Shown here: one piece after another, positions 58,274 through 64,000 of the stretch
Position numbering within the stretch: position 1 is the first letter of the stretch
Layout of the letters: each line of letters opens with the position of its first letter
Sequence record: SRR20825019_2588
Strand: one strand, 5' to 3'
Length of the DNA stretch: 64,000 nt
Notes under the pieces: model-generated
What the model was told of the DNA's origin: nothing
The model's database searches: none
What the model saw: only the letters and a program-made list of their open reading frames with translations
Program-made: the position numbers and the translations under genes

Positions 58274-59860
58274 TTGTCCATCAGAAAATCATTGTGGTTA
58301 GCAATATTTGCAATCCTGGGGTTAAACTCAGTTCTTCATGCTGAGCAGCTTCTGGTTCCCGAGCATCAAAGCAGTAATTCCTGGTATCAATCAGCTCAAA
58401 ATACATTAGCCGGCAAACCCCTGTTTGAAGCTGATAAAAAAGCCAAAAATATCATCTTGTTTGTGGGCGATGGCATGGGGGTATCCACGATTACCGCTGC
58501 CCGTATTCTGGACGGGCAGAACAAAGGCCTTGCAGGCGAAGAGAACAGACTGAGTTTTGAATCCTTCCCTTTTACCGGTCTGTCCAAAACCTACAATGTC
58601 GATGCCCAGACACCGGACTCTGCCGGGACCATGACGGCCATGATCACCGGTGTGAAAACCGATGCAGGCATTATCAGTGTTGATGAAGATGTGAAGCGCG
58701 GTGATTGCAGCACGGTGAATGGCAATGAGCTGGTCACGGGATTGGAACTGGCGGAAATGGCCGGGCAGTCCACGGGATTTGTCACAACAACACGTGTCAC
58801 CCACGCGACACCGGCGGCGACTTATGCCAAAGCGCCTGAGCGTAACTGGGAAGATATTTCTGATTTGCCGGAGGCAGCCGTCACTGCGGGTTGCGAAGAT
58901 ATTGCCCTGCAACTGGTGAATTTTGAGAATAATCTCAAGCAGCGCTTTCCCGCTGCAACGAATATCAACGGTATTGAAGTGATGATGGGCGGTGGCCGCC
59001 GGCATTTTCTGCCTCAGCAACCAGCATCGGGCAACATTGATGAAATTGGCTTATTCACTGGCAATCGCAGCGACCAGCGTCATTTAATTGATGAGTGGCA
59101 GGCGCAATATCCGGGCGGACATTACATTGAAAATCAGGCCGGTTTTGATGCGGTTGATCCGGCAAAGACGAATAAACTGCTGGCCCTGTTTGAAGCCTCA
59201 CATATGCGTTATGAGGCCGATCGACTTAATGATGATGCCGGCGAACCGTCACTTAGTGAGATGACGGACAAAGCGATTGATATTCTGGATAACAATGAAA
59301 AAGGCTTTTTCCTGCTGGTGGAGGGCGGTCGTATCGATCATGCCCATCATGCCGGGAATGCCTTTAATGCACTCACTGATACGATTGAATTTGCCCGCGC
59401 GGTCGAGGTGGCACTGGAGAAAACCAATGCGGAAGATACCCTGATCATCGTGACCGCCGATCACAGCCATGTATTTACTATGGCGGGCTACCCCAAACGG
59501 GGCAATCCGATTCTGGGTAAGGTGATTAATATCGGTGAAGAAACGCCGGCTCATGCCAACGATGGCAAGCCTTACACGACACTGGGTTATGCCAATGGAT
59601 TGGGTTTCCGTGACCTAGGCGATGAAACCGATGCTGATGTGGCTTACAATCAGCCAGCCGATAGCGGGCGCCATGATTTAAGTCATGTTGATACTGAGAC
59701 CAGTGGTTATCATCAGGAGGCTCTGGTACCGCTGGGATCGGAAACGCATGGCGGTGAGGATGTAGCGATTTATGCCATCGGCCCGGGCGCTTCAGCGGTG
59801 TCAGGTGTCAATGAACAGAACCTGATTTTTCATATCATGCACCGGGTAGCAAACTGGTAA
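58274..59860 (+). CDS. Alkaline phosphatase (PhoA family)
   Basis: Signal peptide, ILFVGDGMG, PDSAGT, THATPA, EGGRIDHAHH, TADHSH, THGGEDV. Confidence 0.94.
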   Translation: MSIRKSLWLAIFAILGLNSVLHAEQLLVPEHQSSNSWYQSAQNTLAGKPLFEADKKAKNIILFVGDGMGVSTITAARILDGQNKGLAGEENRLSFESFPFTGLSKTYNVDAQTPDSAGTMTAMITGVKTDAGIISVDEDVKRGDCSTVNGNELVTGLELAEMAGQSTGFVTTTRVTHATPAATYAKAPERNWEDISDLPEAAVTAGCEDIALQLVNFENNLKQRFPAATNINGIEVMMGGGRRHFLPQQPASGNIDEIGLFTGNRSDQRHLIDEWQAQYPGGHYIENQAGFDAVDPAKTNKLLALFEASHMRYEADRLNDDAGEPSLSEMTDKAIDILDNNEKGFFLLVEGGRIDHAHHAGNAFNALTDTIEFARAVEVALEKTNAEDTLIIVTADHSHVFTMAGYPKRGNPILGKVINIGEETPAHANDGKPYTTLGYANGLGFRDLGDETDADVAYNQPADSGRHDLSHVDTETSGYHQEALVPLGSETHGGEDVAIYAIGPGASAVSGVNEQNLIFHIMHRVANW

Positions 59861-59864
59861 GAAC

Positions 59865-61082
59865 TTACCAGTTAATATCAGGGAAACTGTTAAAAGCAGG
59901 GCGGGCAAAATAAAAGCCCTGAAATTTACTGATGCCTGCCTCCAGCAGCCAGTTGATTTCAGCTTCCTGCTCAACTCCTTCAGCAATGACTGAGATACCC
60001 AGCGAGTAGCAACATTCGACAATTGCCCTGACAATCGCCTGTCTGGGGCCGCTCCTTTGAATACCCTGAATCAGTTTACGGTCAATTTTGACCTTGTCCG
60101 GCTGAAATTCCGCCAGCAATGACAGCCCCGCATAACCAGCGCCGAAATCATCGATCGCGACTTTAATGCCGGCACTTCTAAGCCGGCTAATCGCACCAAA
60201 AAAAGCATCATGGTTGGTGATAGCTTCTTCTTCGGTAATCTCGACCACAATCTGTTCGCTGGAAAGACCCAGATTTTCAATCTTGTCCAACAGAAAATCG
60301 ACCGCATCCGGAATTACAATCAGCGACATCGGCAGCAGATTGAGAGAGATTCGACAAGTCAGACCCATATCTGCGGCAATCTGCAAAGCATACTGTTTCG
60401 ATTCCAGATCATACCGATAGAGCTCGATACCACTGTATTGCGATAGAATCGATGCCGGTGATTCTTGATCCGGTCCTCTCAGAAGCGCTTCGGCAGAGCT
60501 GACGAGTTTGCTGACCGGGTTAACGATAGGCTGAAAGGCAAAATTGATCGGATAACGGCCGATGGCTTTCTGATTGTTCGGCTGACTCACGGCGCCTGCG
60601 GTCAAGTCTTCATAAAATTCCTGGGATGGCACAGTGTAGGATTCACGCCAGCGGCCTTTGGCAAAGGCGTCGATAATCCGTGAAGCACGCGTTTCATCAA
60701 CCCTCTCGAGGTCGTCCAGCCCCAGCTTGTGTAGTTGGTTATCAAAAGTGATGTCACTGGAGATGATGTGTTCACCGCCTTCGTCGTTGATAACGATAAA
60801 ACCCAGCCCCCAGTCATCAAAAGTGCGCCTGTAGATAGGTTCATCCAGCACGGTCACGACTTCTTCATGTCTGGGATCAGACTGAATGAGTTCATAAAGA
60901 GCGGTGATTTTCTGTCTGGGACCTTCCAGCACCTGCATGAAATATTCACCATCGAACACCAGCATCCCCGTGATGTTGCGGTCACGGTTTCTGTAGGCAA
61001 AGTGCTTTGACATCGCCACAACCTTATCTTTTTTTAGCTCGGTAGTTGAGCGACTTCTATATACCAGTAGGCTGAGAGACAT
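59865..61082 (-). CDS. BLUF-EAL blue-light sensor (BlrP1/BluF-like)
   Basis: LVYRS, NITGML, FMQVLEG, DPRH; EAL domain AEALLR, EITE, DDFGAG, KIDR, AEGVE, QG. Confidence 0.9.
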   Translation of the reverse strand: MSLSLLVYRSRSTTELKKDKVVAMSKHFAYRNRDRNITGMLVFDGEYFMQVLEGPRQKITALYELIQSDPRHEEVVTVLDEPIYRRTFDDWGLGFIVINDEGGEHIISSDITFDNQLHKLGLDDLERVDETRASRIIDAFAKGRWRESYTVPSQEFYEDLTAGAVSQPNNQKAIGRYPINFAFQPIVNPVSKLVSSAEALLRGPDQESPASILSQYSGIELYRYDLESKQYALQIAADMGLTCRISLNLLPMSLIVIPDAVDFLLDKIENLGLSSEQIVVEITEEEAITNHDAFFGAISRLRSAGIKVAIDDFGAGYAGLSLLAEFQPDKVKIDRKLIQGIQRSGPRQAIVRAIVECCYSLGISVIAEGVEQEAEINWLLEAGISKFQGFYFARPAFNSFPDINW

Positions 61083-61256
61083 AACGAATCCGACTGTTTT
61101 TTTTATGACGTTAACACAGGCCGTTGACATTGTGAAAAGCGGTCTCAGCAAAGTCTCTACTCCCTTGGGAGTACACACTCATCGGTATTTATTTGCCCTG
61201 TTAACCCTCTCTAGAATCAACTTAATAAATGGTTGCTGAGTGGTCAGGGGGTAAAC

Positions 61257-61670
61257 ATGACGCAGGCGATATCAAAACGTCGTGAAAGTATTTACCAGCA
61301 AATTGGTGGCGCCGAAGGCGTTGGGCAACTGGTTGAGACTTTTTGCAGCATCCTGGAAACGACTGAAGTCGGCAAGCCCGTCTATTTATTACATCTGCGT
61401 GGTCATGGCATGGCACATGCCCGTATGGAGCAGTTCAATTTCTTTTCCGGGATGTTCGGTGGTCCCAAACTTTATGCTGAAAAATGGGGACATTCGAATG
61501 TGCGTCAGATTCATGCCCATGTCGATATTAGCGAGAGCGTGAGTCAGGCCTGGTTGACCAGTATGTCCATGGCATTGGACAAGCTTGCCTATTCCCCTGA
61601 GCTCAAACAGCAATTAATGCAAAGTTTTACTGATATGGCCGCCATCCTGGTGCGGCAGTCTCAGTCATGA
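61257..61670 (+). CDS. Group II truncated hemoglobin
   Basis: IYQQIGG, LVETF, FGGPKLY, conserved His and Trp (HAH..AWL). Confidence 0.8.
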   Translation: MTQAISKRRESIYQQIGGAEGVGQLVETFCSILETTEVGKPVYLLHLRGHGMAHARMEQFNFFSGMFGGPKLYAEKWGHSNVRQIHAHVDISESVSQAWLTSMSMALDKLAYSPELKQQLMQSFTDMAAILVRQSQS

Positions 61671-61677
61671 TCCCCTG

Positions 61678-62316
61678 TTAGCTATGATGTTCGCTGTCAA
61701 TATCGTCGAGGCTGTCGTAATAGATGATAGCCAGGTAACGGATCGGCATTTCCATTTTTGCCATCGGTCGGTGCGGTTGCTCGGCATCGAAGGTCAGCGA
61801 GTCACCGGGTTCAAGAATATACAGCTTATCACCGACCGAATATTCCAGTTTACCTTCCAGCATATAAATGAACTCAGTGCCAGCGTGTTCGAAAGGATCA
61901 AACACTTCACTGTCTTCATCCAGGGAAATCAGGAACGGCTCAAACAGTTTTTTAGGGCCCGTGTCGTAGGCGAGCAGATGATAAGTGTGACCACTCTTGG
62001 TGCCGCGGCGAACCACTTCCATGCCGTCGCCATGACGGACGTACTGGGCACCGGCTTTGGGCGTGTCGTAATCATGAAACAAGCGGGACAGGGTGACACC
62101 CAGCGCGTTGGCCAGATGTTCCAGCTTTTCGAGGCTGGGTGAGGTGAGACCGTTTTCAATCTTGCTCAGCATGCCACGGCTGACATTGGCACGTTTGCTG
62201 ACTTCGGCAATGGTCAGCCCGTTTTCCATCCGTAAGTGGCGCAATGTATTGCCGAGATGTTTATCCAGTGAGTGGGGGGCTATCCCTGCTGTGATGAGCG
62301 GTTCTTTGTTGTTCAC
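61678..62316 (-). CDS. XRE-family HTH + cupin transcriptional regulator
   Basis: LTIAEVSKRANVSRGMLSKIENG..PSL, HAGTEFIYML..GDSLTFD. Confidence 0.9.
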   Translation of the reverse strand: MNNKEPLITAGIAPHSLDKHLGNTLRHLRMENGLTIAEVSKRANVSRGMLSKIENGLTSPSLEKLEHLANALGVTLSRLFHDYDTPKAGAQYVRHGDGMEVVRRGTKSGHTYHLLAYDTGPKKLFEPFLISLDEDSEVFDPFEHAGTEFIYMLEGKLEYSVGDKLYILEPGDSLTFDAEQPHRPMAKMEMPIRYLAIIYYDSLDDIDSEHHS

Positions 62317-62464
62317 GCCTGAAAATACTCCGTTGTATGCCTCTGTCAGGGCTTTGATTATACATCAGTTTTCAGGCTTCAGACCAAGCAAAGATTCCTC
62401 ATATGAAAAAAAGTTTCCAAGAAGTGTTGACATCAGAAATCAGTCATGAGTAAATGGAAATCAA

Positions 62465-62481
62465 GTTTCATATAGTGAAAC
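62465..62481. promoter_or_regulatory. Palindromic operator candidate
   Basis: GTTTCA-TATAG-TGAAAC, downstream of TTGACA (62427) in the divergent intergenic region. Confidence 0.55.
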
Positions 62482-62558
62482 AATGTTTACTAAAAAGGTG
62501 GTAGCCCTCTCTACTCCTTAGGTAGTAGAAGCAAGCACCACGGCAGTGGAGGTTAAGA

Positions 62559-63800
62559 ATGCCATTAGGACTTTTGAAATACGGTCTCAGTAAGGAACAT
62601 CCGGCACCACGGTTTTTCCAGGACCGTACTCAGCCCAAGAAAAGCTACGATGCCGTCATTATCGGCGGTGGGGGGCATGGTCTGGCTGCTGCCTACTACC
62701 TCGCCAAAGACTATGGCATCACCAATGTCGCGGTGTTGGAAAAAGGCTATATCGGTGGCGGTAACACCGGCCGGAATACCACCATCGTGCGTTCCAACTA
62801 TCTGACACCGGAAGGCGTCAATTTCTACGATGCCAGCGTCAAGATGTATGAAGATCTGTCGGAAGAGCTGGATCTCAATCTGTTCTATTCCACCCGCGGT
62901 CACTTCACGCTGGCTCACACCGAATCCGCGATGCGAACGATGCGCTGGCGTGCCGAGGTCAATAAGCATGTTGGTGTAGAAAGTCGCGTGGTAGGAACTG
63001 ATGAAATTTCCCAGGCGTGTCCGCAACTGGATATCCAGTGTAGTGGCCAGGCACCCATCCTGGGTGCTTTGTATCACGCCCCCGGTTCTGTCGCCCGTCA
63101 TGATGCGGTCGCCTGGGGTTATGCCAAAGAAGCTGATCGTCTGGGCGTTGAAATCTTCCAGATGACGGAAGTGACCGGCATTGATGTAAAAAGCGGCAAG
63201 GTCGTTGGCGTCAACACCAATAAAGGTTATATCGAAACCAACCGGGTTTTGTCTGCGGTCGCCGGCTTCACTCCGCGTATCACCGACATGGTCGATATCG
63301 AAACCCCGATTGTGATTCACCCGTTGCAGGCCTGCGTCAGTGAGCCTATGAAACCCTGGCTCGACACCATTCTGGTCTCCGGCAGCCTGCACGTCTATGT
63401 CAGCCAGTCTTCACGCGGTGAGCTGGTGATGGGGTCATCACTGGACCCGTATGAAGTCCATTCGACGCGCAGTTCGCTGGACTTTGTCGAAGGTCTCACA
63501 TCCCACATCGTTGATATGTTCCCGTTCCTTTCCAACGTCAAAGTGGTTCGTCAGTGGGCCGGTATGGCTGATCTGACGCCGGACTTCGCACCGGTCATGG
63601 GTAAAACGCCGGTTGAAGGCTTCTACCTGGATGCTGGTTGGGGCACCTGGGGCTTCAAGGCGACCCCGATCAGCGGTAAGACGATGGCCGAAACCATCGC
63701 CCGTGATGTGGCACCGGATCTGATCCAGCCATTCCGTTTATCCCGTTTTGAAGACTACGAGCTGACCGGCGAGAAAGGCGCAGCCTCGGTCGGCCATTAA
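62559..63800 (+). CDS. Sarcosine oxidase beta-like FAD subunit, probably N-methylglutamate dehydrogenase subunit A
   Basis: IIGGGGHG, GGGNTGRNTTIVRSNY, ARHDAVAWGYA, GWGTWGFKATP. Confidence 0.85.
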   Translation: MPLGLLKYGLSKEHPAPRFFQDRTQPKKSYDAVIIGGGGHGLAAAYYLAKDYGITNVAVLEKGYIGGGNTGRNTTIVRSNYLTPEGVNFYDASVKMYEDLSEELDLNLFYSTRGHFTLAHTESAMRTMRWRAEVNKHVGVESRVVGTDEISQACPQLDIQCSGQAPILGALYHAPGSVARHDAVAWGYAKEADRLGVEIFQMTEVTGIDVKSGKVVGVNTNKGYIETNRVLSAVAGFTPRITDMVDIETPIVIHPLQACVSEPMKPWLDTILVSGSLHVYVSQSSRGELVMGSSLDPYEVHSTRSSLDFVEGLTSHIVDMFPFLSNVKVVRQWAGMADLTPDFAPVMGKTPVEGFYLDAGWGTWGFKATPISGKTMAETIARDVAPDLIQPFRLSRFEDYELTGEKGAASVGH

Positions 63801-63813
63801 TGAGAGCTAAGCG

Positions 63814-64000
63814 ATGAAATTACTTCAATGTCCAATCAACGGCATCCGGCCTCTCAGCGAATTCACTTATGGCGGTGAGTACCGCGATATGCCGGATCCC
63901 GATAACTGCAGCGACAAGGAATGGGCTGCCTATGTGCATTACCGCAACGGCGCACCCGGTGTGAAGAAGGAATGGTGGTACCACGGCCCCAGCGGCACCT
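63814..64000 (+). CDS. Sarcosine oxidase delta-like subunit (MgdB-like), truncated by window end
   Basis: MKLLQCPINGIRPLSEFTYGGE..EWWYH. Confidence 0.85.
   Translation, partial: MKLLQCPINGIRPLSEFTYGGEYRDMPDPDNCSDKEWAAYVHYRNGAPGVKKEWWYHGPSGT

Overview
This is a gammaproteobacterial chromosome segment. Gene content (edd-eda, an N-methylglutamate/sarcosine oxidase-type cluster, Na+-type stator) suggests a marine methylotroph such as Methylophaga, but that is inference. Bases 1-34.5 kb are mostly core genome: 3' end of tRNA-Asp, ppiD, fabI, pomAB, leuD-leuB-asd-fimV-truA-trpFBA-accD-folC, fadD/fadL, trmB, edd-eda, an 85-bp palindromic tandem repeat, a DUF692/DUF2063 (MNIO) pair with no visible precursor peptide, rnfH-ratA, smpB and tmRNA. 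An AT-rich island of about 17.2 kb sits in the tmRNA 3' end, flanked by a 16-bp direct repeat (34505-34520 / 51722-51737). Its P4-like integrase and the next gene are each broken by one in-frame TAA. It also carries an AlpA gene missed by the ORF track, vsr/dcm, and a tightly coupled six-gene run: MORC ATPase, Z1, PD-(D/E)XK, AIPR (mzaBCDE-like, no mzaA), then what looks like a Dsr1 sirtuin defence protein split into separate SIR2 and C-terminal genes. This combined locus is the best candidate for a novel system. Downstream are a Cache/PAS/GGDEF/EAL protein, a Ca/Na antiporter, an MNT antitoxin with a dead HEPN-like partner, alkaline phosphatase, BLUF-EAL, a truncated globin, an XRE-cupin regulator and the start of the mgd/sox-type operon. 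Family assignments come from motif recognition and recalled sequences; no database search was run.
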